Virus record (IMG/VR): IMGVR_UViG_3300027756_001334
Coordinates: 1 to 38,885 of that record
DNA from: a virus
Taxonomy: Duplodnaviria; Caudoviricetes
Length of the DNA stretch: 38,885 nt
Reading direction: 5' to 3' (one strand)
This document shows positions 7,896 through 15,866 of the stretch, one piece after another. Under the pieces are notes generated by a model. It ran no database searches. It was not told the DNA's origin and was given only the letters and a program-made list of their open reading frames with translations. Each line of letters starts with the position of its first letter. Position 1 is the first letter of the stretch. The translations under genes and the position numbers were made by a program.

Positions 7896-8810
7896 ATGAC
7901 ACAAGAAAAGAACCAAGAAGCAGTAGTAGCTATTGCCGGTAAACACTTAGGTAAAGTAGGAGGTGATGGTTATAAAGACACATACGCACCAGAATTATTA
8001 GTACAAATTCCACGTTACCTAAACCGAGAAGCTTATGATTTAACCGGTAAAGAATTCGTGGGAGTAGATACCTGGAACGCATATGAAGTATCAGCAATTA
8101 CAACTAAAGGACAGCCAGTAGCTGGTATGTTAAAGATTGTATGCCCAGCCTCTTCAGAGTTTCACGTAGAATCTAAATCTATTAAGTTGTACTTAAACTC
8201 CTTTAATATGACTCGTATTGGTGATACAGCGGCAGATTGTATTTCAGGTATTGAAGCTAGAGTAAAGAGAGACTTAGACGAATTACTTGGTACCGATACT
8301 ACAGTAAGCTTCTATTCCAGTATTGAAGAAGCTACACCAATTACATTCGAAGGTTACGTAGACTTAGCAGAAGCAGCTGATTTAGATCAAGTAGATTTTA
8401 CTTCTTTTAAGTCTGATGCAGGTCAGTTGGAAACTAGATTTGTTGCAGAAGTAGGTACAGCAGAAGTAAGGTTTAAGTCTAACTTATTACGTTCAAACTG
8501 TAGAGTAACAAATCAACCGGACTGGGGCGATGTTTATATCCGTATGGAAGGTACGAATATTCCTTCTCCTGAGTCTTTAGCAAAATATATTGTTTCTCAT
8601 AGAACAGTGTCACACTTCCATGAAGAGATTTGTGAAATGGTATTCAAGCATTTAACTGATGCATACAAGCCAGAGCAATTAATGGTAGCATGTTTATACA
8701 CTCGTAGAGGAGGCCTTGATATTAATCCTATCCGAGCTACTCATCAGAGTTATATTCCGGACTTCTTTACAGATCCAAAATATACTATCGCTAAAACGTT
8801 ACGTCAATAA
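7896..8810 (+). CDS. queF: NADPH-dependent preQ0 reductase, bimodular (type II)
   Basis: ESKSIKLYLNSFN, LLRSNCRVTNQPDWG, FHEEICE, YTRRGGLDINP. Confidence 0.96.
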   Translation: MTQEKNQEAVVAIAGKHLGKVGGDGYKDTYAPELLVQIPRYLNREAYDLTGKEFVGVDTWNAYEVSAITTKGQPVAGMLKIVCPASSEFHVESKSIKLYLNSFNMTRIGDTAADCISGIEARVKRDLDELLGTDTTVSFYSSIEEATPITFEGYVDLAEAADLDQVDFTSFKSDAGQLETRFVAEVGTAEVRFKSNLLRSNCRVTNQPDWGDVYIRMEGTNIPSPESLAKYIVSHRTVSHFHEEICEMVFKHLTDAYKPEQLMVACLYTRRGGLDINPIRATHQSYIPDFFTDPKYTIAKTLRQ

Positions 8811-9073
8811 TGTCAACTGAAGTTATAAAACAAGAATTTACAGAGCATATTGCATCCCGTGTTCCTCCCGGTGATAACTGGGAGTTAAACATAGATCAAG
8901 GAGTTATTATAGAAGGACTAGTTCCTACATTAACAACCTACCTACGTAAGACTAAGTTTAAGGGCGCATACAAATTAGATCCACTTGCCGGAAAGTTGTT
9001 CGCTATCCGTGAGCAGGAAATTACAATTACACCTCCGGAACCAGAGAAATTTGATCTTTACGGAGAGTTTTAG
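8810..9073 (+). CDS. Hypothetical protein
   Basis: 87-aa ORF coupled to queF and followed by a terminator. Confidence 0.75.
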   Translation: MSTEVIKQEFTEHIASRVPPGDNWELNIDQGVIIEGLVPTLTTYLRKTKFKGAYKLDPLAGKLFAIREQEITITPPEPEKFDLYGEF

Positions 9074-9078
9074 AAATA

Positions 9079-9110
9079 AGGGGAAGCAGTTGGAACTTCC
9101 CCTTTTTTTT
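9079..9110 (+). terminator. Rho-independent terminator
   Basis: AGGGGAAG/CTTCCCCT stem followed by a T run. Confidence 0.85.
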
Positions 9111-9121
9111 CGTATCTTTAA
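9088..9121 (+). promoter_or_regulatory. Class A promoter overlapping the terminator
   Basis: AGTTGG in the terminator loop...TTCGTATCTTTA, offset 19. Confidence 0.7.
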
Positions 9122-9142
9122 TGTAATAAAAACGGTTATAGA

Positions 9143-9607
9143 ATGGCTACAAACGAACAATTTAAGATTAAATTAGAGAAAGGTAAAGCAGGTGAATACG
9201 CAGTTATTCAAGCTTTATCGCAAATCACAGAAGTAAAGGATCTTACTAACTACGACGATTTTAAAGGCTATCAGCAGAAAGGTCTAGATTTTGAGTTTCT
9301 TAATAGAAAAACTAATACCTGGGATAGAGGCGATGCAAAAGCTAATATTATGGAGTCCGGACTTACGTTTATGGAGCTTTATAAGGCTAACGGTAAACTA
9401 GGTTGGTTTAATACAACTAAGTCTGACTGGATATTTTGCTATAGTGTATATACGAAGAGTATTTACTTTTATAGTATAAATGAGATGAGAGGTTACATTG
9501 ATAGCCGATTAAAAGATCGTAGTATTAAAACGTCTCATTTAAAAAGCGGTGATATCGGAGTATGGTTACCAGTAGATAAGAATCCTTTAATCGAAAAATT
9601 TGCATAA
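9143..9607 (+). CDS. PD-(D/E)xK restriction-endonuclease-like protein
   Basis: GKAGE...QQKGLDF...DAK pattern; immediately upstream of polA. Confidence 0.6.
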   Translation: MATNEQFKIKLEKGKAGEYAVIQALSQITEVKDLTNYDDFKGYQQKGLDFEFLNRKTNTWDRGDAKANIMESGLTFMELYKANGKLGWFNTTKSDWIFCYSVYTKSIYFYSINEMRGYIDSRLKDRSIKTSHLKSGDIGVWLPVDKNPLIEKFA

Positions 9608-11922
9608 TGAATATAGAAAAGAAATACTACACCGTAGATTCAGTAGAGTTAGTAAACCTACTAATGGAGCATATTAATGCATCAGAAATAGTATCATTCG
9701 ATACTGAGACCGACTCTCTTAATATGAGAAAAGGTAGTATTGTTGGATGGTCTGTATCAGGAGCCGAAGGAGTAGGGTTCTACTTACCGACTCAAATATG
9801 GAACGCTGTAACTCAGCAGTTAGAAGAATGTCAGATAGGAGGTAAAGGAGCCCATAGTATTACCAAGAAACTATTACCGATGTTAAAAGGTAAGAAACTA
9901 GTAATGCATAATGCCTCTTTTGATACTCGATTCGTAAAGAATTACTACGGTATAGACCTACTAGAAGATCTTTGGGTAGATACTGGTTTACTTGTGCATA
10001 CAGTTCAAGAAGAAGGTGCATTTGGATTTGGTAATCCTTTTGGATTGAAATCTATTGCTATTATGAATCAGAAAGCATTAGGTTTAGATATCGAAGAAGC
10101 AGCTAATAAAGAGCAGTTAGAACTTAAAGAATCTATAAAAGCTAATGGAGGTTCAGTTACTAAAGAGAACTATGAAATCTATAAAGCTGATATGGAGATC
10201 TTATCGAAGTATGCCGCTGCCGATACCGATTTAACTTTACGTATTTGTAATCTATACTTAGAGAAACTAAAAGAAGAAAACTTAGAGAAATTCTTCTTTG
10301 AGGAAGAGGTTATGCCTATCTACAAAGAAGTTACTGTACCTATGGAAGAATACGGAGTAGATCTTGATATGGATTTACTTAATAAGATTTACGAAGAGAT
10401 TATAGTAGATCTTGCTGAGAATAAAAAGATTGTTATGAAAAGCTTACTTGATACAGATGACGGTAAGAACTGGGTAATGGATACAGCCTTTAGTAACTAC
10501 CCACCTACTAACAAAGGTAACTGGGCTCAAGAGTTATGTAAGAGGTATTCACTTCCTTTACCTAGATCAGAAAAGACCGGTAAGTACTCTATTACAGTAA
10601 AGACGGTTAGTGAGTTAGAAGATTCTGTTTATAAGGAGTTTTTACTAACCGGTGAAGTCTCTTTATTAGATCCTTTAGAAGTAGCTCGTATATCGATGGC
10701 TATGTGGAAGGAAGCTAATGATGGTGAGTATATTAATATTCAATCTAAAAAGCATTTAGGTGAGATTGTATTTAAGTATATGGGAATCAAAGCTAAGTCT
10801 AAGACTACTAAAGGAACCGAGCAGTTTGATATGGAGATGTTAGAGGATTTATCTAAAGAGTATACTTGGGCAGAAAACTTACGTATCTACAATAAACTGC
10901 TTAAGATCAAGTCTACCTATATTGAACGCTTTATACAAGGTGCAGAAGATGGACGTTACTACTTCTACTTTAAGCAGAATGGTACAGTATCCGGACGTTA
11001 CGGATCTGATGCTCAACAGCTACCTAAGACTAAAGAAGAAGGAGAAGATGCTCCTATAATTGTTAAGTATAATAATATTGTACGTGCATTTATGATTGCT
11101 GGTAAAGGACGTAAGGTAATTGACGCCGATTATGAGTCTCTAGAACCTCACTGTTTTGCTTCTGTAGCAGGTGATATCAAGCTTCAAGAGATCTTTAATA
11201 ACGGGTGGGATTTCTACTCTACTGTCGCTATTCAGACTGAGAAACTAGAAGGTGTATCTCCGGATAAAAAAGCTCCTAACTATCTTAAAAAAGTAGACCC
11301 GGTTAAACGTAACCAAGCTAAAGCTTATTCATTAGGTATTGCTTACGGTATGGAGGCTTATGCACTGGGTATGACGTTAGGTATCCCTCAGAAAGAAGCT
11401 GAGAAGCTTGTTCAAGGGTATCTAGATGGATTCCCTGAATTGAAGTCATGGAGAGAAAACTCTCGAAAGCAAGTTAAAGAGCATGGCCGTATTACTAACT
11501 TTGTAGGACGTATTCGTCATATACCTAAAGTAAAACGAATCTATGATAGATACGGAGAGCGTATCATGGACTGGAAGTTTAGAAACGAACTAGCCGCTCA
11601 ATACGGTAAAGATGATGTTATGGCTCTTTATAGAGATTACCGTAACGGACTTAATAACTGTTTAAACTTTCAATTACAGTCATTAGCAGCAGCGGTAGTA
11701 AATAGAGCAGCTGTTAAGATTAACCGTAAAGCCAAAGAATTAGGTATTGATGCTTGTGTTCAAGCACAAGTACATGACCAGTTAATTATAAACGTAGCCG
11801 AAGAAGATGCAGAGATGTTTGCTCCTATTGTTAGAGAGATAATGGAGACTACAACTATACTTCCAGGCGTAACATTAAAAGCACCACCAGAGATTTCAGT
11901 AAACTGGAGAGACGGGCATTAA
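9607..11922 (+). CDS. polA: Family A DNA polymerase (3'-5' exonuclease plus polymerase, no 5' nuclease)
   Basis: Exo motifs FDTET, HNASFD, YAAAD; polymerase motif A DADYESLEPH, motif B RNQAKAYSLGIAYG, motif C QVHDQL. Confidence 0.95.
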   Translation: MNIEKKYYTVDSVELVNLLMEHINASEIVSFDTETDSLNMRKGSIVGWSVSGAEGVGFYLPTQIWNAVTQQLEECQIGGKGAHSITKKLLPMLKGKKLVMHNASFDTRFVKNYYGIDLLEDLWVDTGLLVHTVQEEGAFGFGNPFGLKSIAIMNQKALGLDIEEAANKEQLELKESIKANGGSVTKENYEIYKADMEILSKYAAADTDLTLRICNLYLEKLKEENLEKFFFEEEVMPIYKEVTVPMEEYGVDLDMDLLNKIYEEIIVDLAENKKIVMKSLLDTDDGKNWVMDTAFSNYPPTNKGNWAQELCKRYSLPLPRSEKTGKYSITVKTVSELEDSVYKEFLLTGEVSLLDPLEVARISMAMWKEANDGEYINIQSKKHLGEIVFKYMGIKAKSKTTKGTEQFDMEMLEDLSKEYTWAENLRIYNKLLKIKSTYIERFIQGAEDGRYYFYFKQNGTVSGRYGSDAQQLPKTKEEGEDAPIIVKYNNIVRAFMIAGKGRKVIDADYESLEPHCFASVAGDIKLQEIFNNGWDFYSTVAIQTEKLEGVSPDKKAPNYLKKVDPVKRNQAKAYSLGIAYGMEAYALGMTLGIPQKEAEKLVQGYLDGFPELKSWRENSRKQVKEHGRITNFVGRIRHIPKVKRIYDRYGERIMDWKFRNELAAQYGKDDVMALYRDYRNGLNNCLNFQLQSLAAAVVNRAAVKINRKAKELGIDACVQAQVHDQLIINVAEEDAEMFAPIVREIMETTTILPGVTLKAPPEISVNWRDGH

Positions 11923-11929
11923 AATTATT

Positions 11930-12274
11930 ATGTATAGATTAATATTAGAAGGAGTTTTGTACGGAACGATAGCTCAAATTATAACGTTCCTACAGCTCCA
12001 AGGAAACATAAAATGGGGATGGTATGTCAAGCATCCGTTTTGGCTGCTAGCAATATCTATTCCTATTTCCATACTATTCATTAAATCAGTAGAGAAATTT
12101 GTAGCTGCTTTTAATGGAGAGATCTGGCCAAGTAGGTTAATAGGTTTTGGTATCGGTATTATTGTATTTTATATAATGAGCTACTATCTCTTTAACGAAC
12201 CAGTAACTTCAAAAACATTTGTTTGCCTGATGCTAGCTTGTGCTATTATAGGTGTACAGGTTTTCTGGAAATAA
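11930..12274 (+). CDS. 4-TM small membrane protein, SMR/DMT-like
   Basis: 114 aa with four hydrophobic segments and an LFNEPVT turn before the last helix. Confidence 0.6.
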   Translation: MYRLILEGVLYGTIAQIITFLQLQGNIKWGWYVKHPFWLLAISIPISILFIKSVEKFVAAFNGEIWPSRLIGFGIGIIVFYIMSYYLFNEPVTSKTFVCLMLACAIIGVQVFWK

Positions 12275-12296
12275 TTAAAAATTTTATAGTCAAAAG

Positions 12297-12328
12297 TTTG
12301 ACTTCAGCGATTTAGTTCGTATATTAAA
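12297..12328 (+). promoter_or_regulatory. Class A promoter of groES-groEL
   Basis: TTTG...TTCGTATATTAA, offset 18. Confidence 0.7.
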
Positions 12329-12351
12329 TTTATTAAACAAGTTAGAACAAC

Positions 12352-12663
12352 ATGAAAGTATTAGAACCTCAAAATGACCGAGTACTCATTAAACCTATCG
12401 AGGACGATGAGCAAATGTATGGTAATATTGTAATCCCGGATATGGGTAAAGAGCGTCCTGAAATGGGTCAAGTAATTGCTGTAGGACCTGGACGTCAATC
12501 AGAGTTTGGACAGTATATTAGAGTAAACGCTAAAGTAGGAGATATTGTATTAGTTCCTAAGATTGGAACAATTCGTATTGAATTCGAAGGAGATGAATAT
12601 TACATCACACAAGATAGAGAAATTTTAGCAACCGTAAAAGAAAAAACAGAATTAGTAAACTAA
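12352..12663 (+). CDS. groES: Co-chaperonin GroES
   Basis: P.NDRVLIK, IVIPD..KERP..GQVIAVGPG, KVGD.VL. Confidence 0.95.
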   Translation: MKVLEPQNDRVLIKPIEDDEQMYGNIVIPDMGKERPEMGQVIAVGPGRQSEFGQYIRVNAKVGDIVLVPKIGTIRIEFEGDEYYITQDREILATVKEKTELVN

Positions 12664-14288
12664 TGGAAAAGAAAGTAACATATTCACAAGAAGCTCGAAA
12701 AGAGCTATTATCAGGAGTTAAGCAATTAGCAGATGCAGTTGTAGCAACATTAGGACCTTCAGGTCGAAATGTAATCATCGAACAAGAGATGGGTAGCCCT
12801 GTTTCTACTAAAGATGGTGTTACGGTAGCAAAAGCTATTGAACTAGAAGATAAAGTACAAAATATTGGAGCACAATTGGTAAAGCAAGCATCAATCAAAA
12901 CAGCTGATGAAGCAGGTGATGGTACAACAACATCTACCTTGTTAGCTTATGCTATCGCTAACTCACCAATTGACGACTCAGATAACGTAGTAGAAATTAA
13001 AAGAGGAGTAGATAAAGCAGTAGCAGCAGTAGTTGACTACTTGACAGATAACTACTCTAAAGAAATCACGGACGAAGAGCAGCTTAAACAGGTGGCTACC
13101 ATCTCAGCTAATAACGACACCGAAGTAGGTGAGTTGATTTCCACTGCCATGGACAAGGTTGGTAGAGATGGAGTTGTTACAATCGAGGAATCACGTACCG
13201 GAGAAACCTATCTGGAAACAGTAGAAGGTATGCAATTCGGCAGAGGTTATAAGTCCCCGTACTTTGTAACAGACAATAGCACTATGCAAGCTGTTCTTCA
13301 AAGTCCGTTGATATTAATTACAGATAAGCGTTTAAACTCTGTTAAAGAGTTGCTCCCTGTATTAGAAGCATGTTCTTCTCAGAACAAGTCATTGTTAATC
13401 ATTGCAGATGATATCGACGGAGAGGCGTTATCTACATTAGTAGTTAATAAGATGCGAGGTATTCTAGCTTGTGTGGCTGTAAAGGCACCTGAGTTTGGAG
13501 ATCGTAAGAAAGCTATCTTAGAAGATATCGCTGTATTGACTGGCGGTCAAGTAATCTCTACAGAGAAAGGAATGAAAATAGAGAAGTTTAACCCCGAGTG
13601 GTTAGGTAAGGCTAAGAAAGTAACTGTAGGAAAAGATACAACAACTATTATAGATGCTTCAGGAGAGGATGCTGCAATTACAGGTCGAGTAGAAGAGTTA
13701 AAGAGTCAAATCGAAGAAGCTAAGTCTCCATTCGAGAAAGAAAACTTACAAGATCGTTTAGCTAAATTTATTGGCGGAGTAGCGATTGTATATGTAGGTG
13801 GTCATACCGAAGTAGAGATGAAAGAAAAGAAAGACCGAGTAGACGATGCTTTACATGCTACTAGAGCAGCTTTAGAAGAAGGTATTTTACCAGGAGGCGG
13901 AGTAGCATTATTAAATGCCTCCAAGTACTTAGATAATACTATACTAGAGACTACTCACCCAGATCAAGAATTAGGAATACAGTTTGTTAAATTAGCTTGC
14001 CGTCAACCATTTGTAAAGATATTACAGAATGCAGGATATACTTTAGAGCAGATAGCAGAGGTAATGAAGCTAGTAGATGAGAAGAACGATCAATGGATTG
14101 GTTATAATTCACGTATAGGTAAGATTGTTAATATGTTTGACGAAGGTATTATTGATCCAGCTAAAGTAACTCGCTTAGCATTAGAGAATGCAGCATCAGT
14201 AGCAGGTACAATATTACTAACCGAAGCAGTAGTATCGAATATTAAGAAAGATAAAGAAGAGAAAAACGACTACGGCGGAATGATGTAA
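12663..14288 (+). CDS. groEL: Chaperonin GroEL
   Basis: TLGPSGRNV, TKDGVTVAK, AGDGTTT, KAPEFGDR, EKKDRVDDAL, GGMM tail. Confidence 0.97.
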   Translation: MEKKVTYSQEARKELLSGVKQLADAVVATLGPSGRNVIIEQEMGSPVSTKDGVTVAKAIELEDKVQNIGAQLVKQASIKTADEAGDGTTTSTLLAYAIANSPIDDSDNVVEIKRGVDKAVAAVVDYLTDNYSKEITDEEQLKQVATISANNDTEVGELISTAMDKVGRDGVVTIEESRTGETYLETVEGMQFGRGYKSPYFVTDNSTMQAVLQSPLILITDKRLNSVKELLPVLEACSSQNKSLLIIADDIDGEALSTLVVNKMRGILACVAVKAPEFGDRKKAILEDIAVLTGGQVISTEKGMKIEKFNPEWLGKAKKVTVGKDTTTIIDASGEDAAITGRVEELKSQIEEAKSPFEKENLQDRLAKFIGGVAIVYVGGHTEVEMKEKKDRVDDALHATRAALEEGILPGGGVALLNASKYLDNTILETTHPDQELGIQFVKLACRQPFVKILQNAGYTLEQIAEVMKLVDEKNDQWIGYNSRIGKIVNMFDEGIIDPAKVTRLALENAASVAGTILLTEAVVSNIKKDKEEKNDYGGMM

Positions 14289-14290
14289 AA

Positions 14291-14366
14291 CCGGAAGGGG
14301 AAGCAGGGGGGCGTCTGTCCCTCTCTTCACCGAAGGTGTCCCGCGCGAATATGGAGATGTCTCCGG
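14291..14366 (+). other. GC-rich structured intergenic element of unknown function
   Basis: CCGGA...TCCGG ends, internal hairpins CACC-GAA-GGTG and GGAG-ATGT-CTCC, purine/pyrimidine arms; lies in an AT-rich genome. Confidence 0.45.
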
Positions 14367-14375
14367 AAATTTTGT

Positions 14376-14408
14376 AGTAGGATCTTAACATATTAATTCG
14401 TATCTTTA
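14376..14408 (+). promoter_or_regulatory. Class A promoter (upstream element TAG variant)
   Basis: AGTAGG...TTCGTATCTTTA before ATG 14413. Confidence 0.6.
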
Positions 14409-14412
14409 TTAT

Positions 14413-14898
14413 ATGAAAGAGCAAATGTATACCCCGTCTCATACCCGTGAGCAGCTCCTTGGTACTAAGCTTAAAGGACTACGAAAGTTGAATTATAACC
14501 CGTTTACGTGGTGGAGAATGTATGAATCTGTTGTTAAGCCCTTATCCCCGAGATCTCATCTTTCGGATAAGATTAAAAACGGAGACTACGATTACCCCCA
14601 TTGGACCTATCAAGCACAGTTATGCGAGCATGACCTAAATGATATGTGGAAGAAGATGGCACCCGATTATGCAAAATGGGTTGAGGAATCATCTTTAACG
14701 AGAGCGAGAAGGAAGAGATTGATGGAAGATCATGAAAAAGAAGAAAATAAGAAATTAGAGGAATTGGTGAAAGAGTTCACAAAGTATTATAGAGTGACTA
14801 AAGAAGAAGTAATAGAGAAGATGTTAGATTGGGAAGGGGACTTATATACGTTCTACCAATTTATGGATAATCGATATCGCGTAACTTCCTCATCATAA
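14413..14898 (+). CDS. Hypothetical protein
   Basis: 161-aa ORF with its own promoter. Confidence 0.8.
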   Translation: MKEQMYTPSHTREQLLGTKLKGLRKLNYNPFTWWRMYESVVKPLSPRSHLSDKIKNGDYDYPHWTYQAQLCEHDLNDMWKKMAPDYAKWVEESSLTRARRKRLMEDHEKEENKKLEELVKEFTKYYRVTKEEVIEKMLDWEGDLYTFYQFMDNRYRVTSSS

Positions 14899-14921
14899 CC
14901 TAGATTTTAAAACAAGTAAAC

Positions 14922-14929
14922 TATTTATA
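14922..14929 (+). promoter_or_regulatory. Class B motif TATTTATA
   Basis: Intergenic CTATTTATAT upstream of ATG 14952. Confidence 0.5.
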
Positions 14930-14951
14930 TAAACAATCAATCAAAAAAACC

Positions 14952-15203
14952 ATGACAATTATTGTAATTTTCGCAGCCATCGTAATAATCGGTGGATTCA
15001 TTTACGTAAAGACTTCGGGGAAAAAAGCCGCCGAGGCAGTTACTAACATCGTTAAAGAGGCTAAAGCCGTACAAGCAGAAGCGCAAGCCGAAGTAGAAAA
15101 AGCAGAAGCACCTAAGAAAAAATCGGCGCCACGTAAGAAGAAAGAAGTTTCTGTTTCAACAGAAGGACCTATTCGTGGAGATTACTACAAACAAGTACGT
15201 TAA
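14952..15203 (+). CDS. N-terminally anchored membrane protein with Ala/Lys-rich tail
   Basis: TM segment TIIVIFAAIVIIGGFIYV followed by a charged tail. Confidence 0.75.
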   Translation: MTIIVIFAAIVIIGGFIYVKTSGKKAAEAVTNIVKEAKAVQAEAQAEVEKAEAPKKKSAPRKKKEVSVSTEGPIRGDYYKQVR

Positions 15204-15205
15204 TA

Positions 15206-15430
15206 ATGGAACAAAAAATAAACATCGGTATCGATCAAACAACTCCAGTATTGTGCGATAAGTGTAAGGGTCATTTTTTTACACAAACCCTACATCTTAG
15301 AAAAGCATCTGGACTATTAACAGGAACCGGGGTACCGTCTTATGTACCGATTCCGGTTTTTGCTTGCACGGCCTGCGGCCATGTTAATATTGAATTCCTA
15401 CCTCAAGAAGTACAAGAGTTAGATAAATAA
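15206..15430 (+). CDS. Small Zn-ribbon protein
   Basis: CDKC...CTACGH. Confidence 0.8.
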   Translation: MEQKINIGIDQTTPVLCDKCKGHFFTQTLHLRKASGLLTGTGVPSYVPIPVFACTACGHVNIEFLPQEVQELDK

Positions 15431-15442
15431 ATTAAAGAAACG

Positions 15443-15474
15443 GACCGGGAGGAGGGTAGGAGCAAGGCCCGGTC
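15443..15474 (+). other. Hairpin with 18-nt purine-rich loop
   Basis: GACCGGG/CCCGGTC stem; loop AGGAGGGTAGGAGCAAGG. Confidence 0.55.
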
Positions 15475-15482
15475 TTATAGAG

Positions 15483-15517
15483 AGGAGTGCGATTCATTTC
15501 GTGCTCCTTTTCTTTTT
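15483..15517 (+). terminator. Rho-independent terminator
   Basis: AGGAGTGCGA/TCGTGCTCCT stem followed by TTTCTTTTT. Confidence 0.8.
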
Positions 15518-15521
15518 GGCC

Positions 15522-15529
15522 TATTTATA
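15522..15529 (+). promoter_or_regulatory. Class B motif TATTTATA heading the lysis genes
   Basis: CTATTTATAA directly after a terminator and before holin/endolysin. Confidence 0.6.
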
Positions 15530-15596
15530 ACAAAGAGTTGCGTAAAAGCATATAGTGCGTGGTTATAGCTTAACTTAAAACTTAAAATTAAAAGCT

Positions 15597-15851
15597 ATGG
15601 CATTTAAAGACATTTTCAAAGACAGTAATGATTTCAACGAAAAATCAATCGTTGGTTTTGCATCATTTGCAGTAATGGTAATATTCGCAGCAGCGGATAT
15701 CATCACAGGTTTTTTAGGTAACGCCTTCGTAATTGAACCTATTATCTTCAATTCATTTGTGTACATTACATTAGGTGCATTCGGTATTGCAGAAGTTGGT
15801 AAAATCTTTGGTAAAAAAGAAGAAGAAAAACAACAAGATCAGGAATTATAA
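15597..15851 (+). CDS. Putative holin (2 TM)
   Basis: Two hydrophobic helices and a charged C-terminus; immediately upstream of the endolysin. Confidence 0.6.
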   Translation: MAFKDIFKDSNDFNEKSIVGFASFAVMVIFAAADIITGFLGNAFVIEPIIFNSFVYITLGAFGIAEVGKIFGKKEEEKQQDQEL

Positions 15852-15866
15852 ATTAACTAACTAACT

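Noticed and set aside
14291-14366. tRNA gene
   Set aside because: Length is tRNA-like but there is no T-loop GTTC, D-loop pattern or 7-bp acceptor stem.
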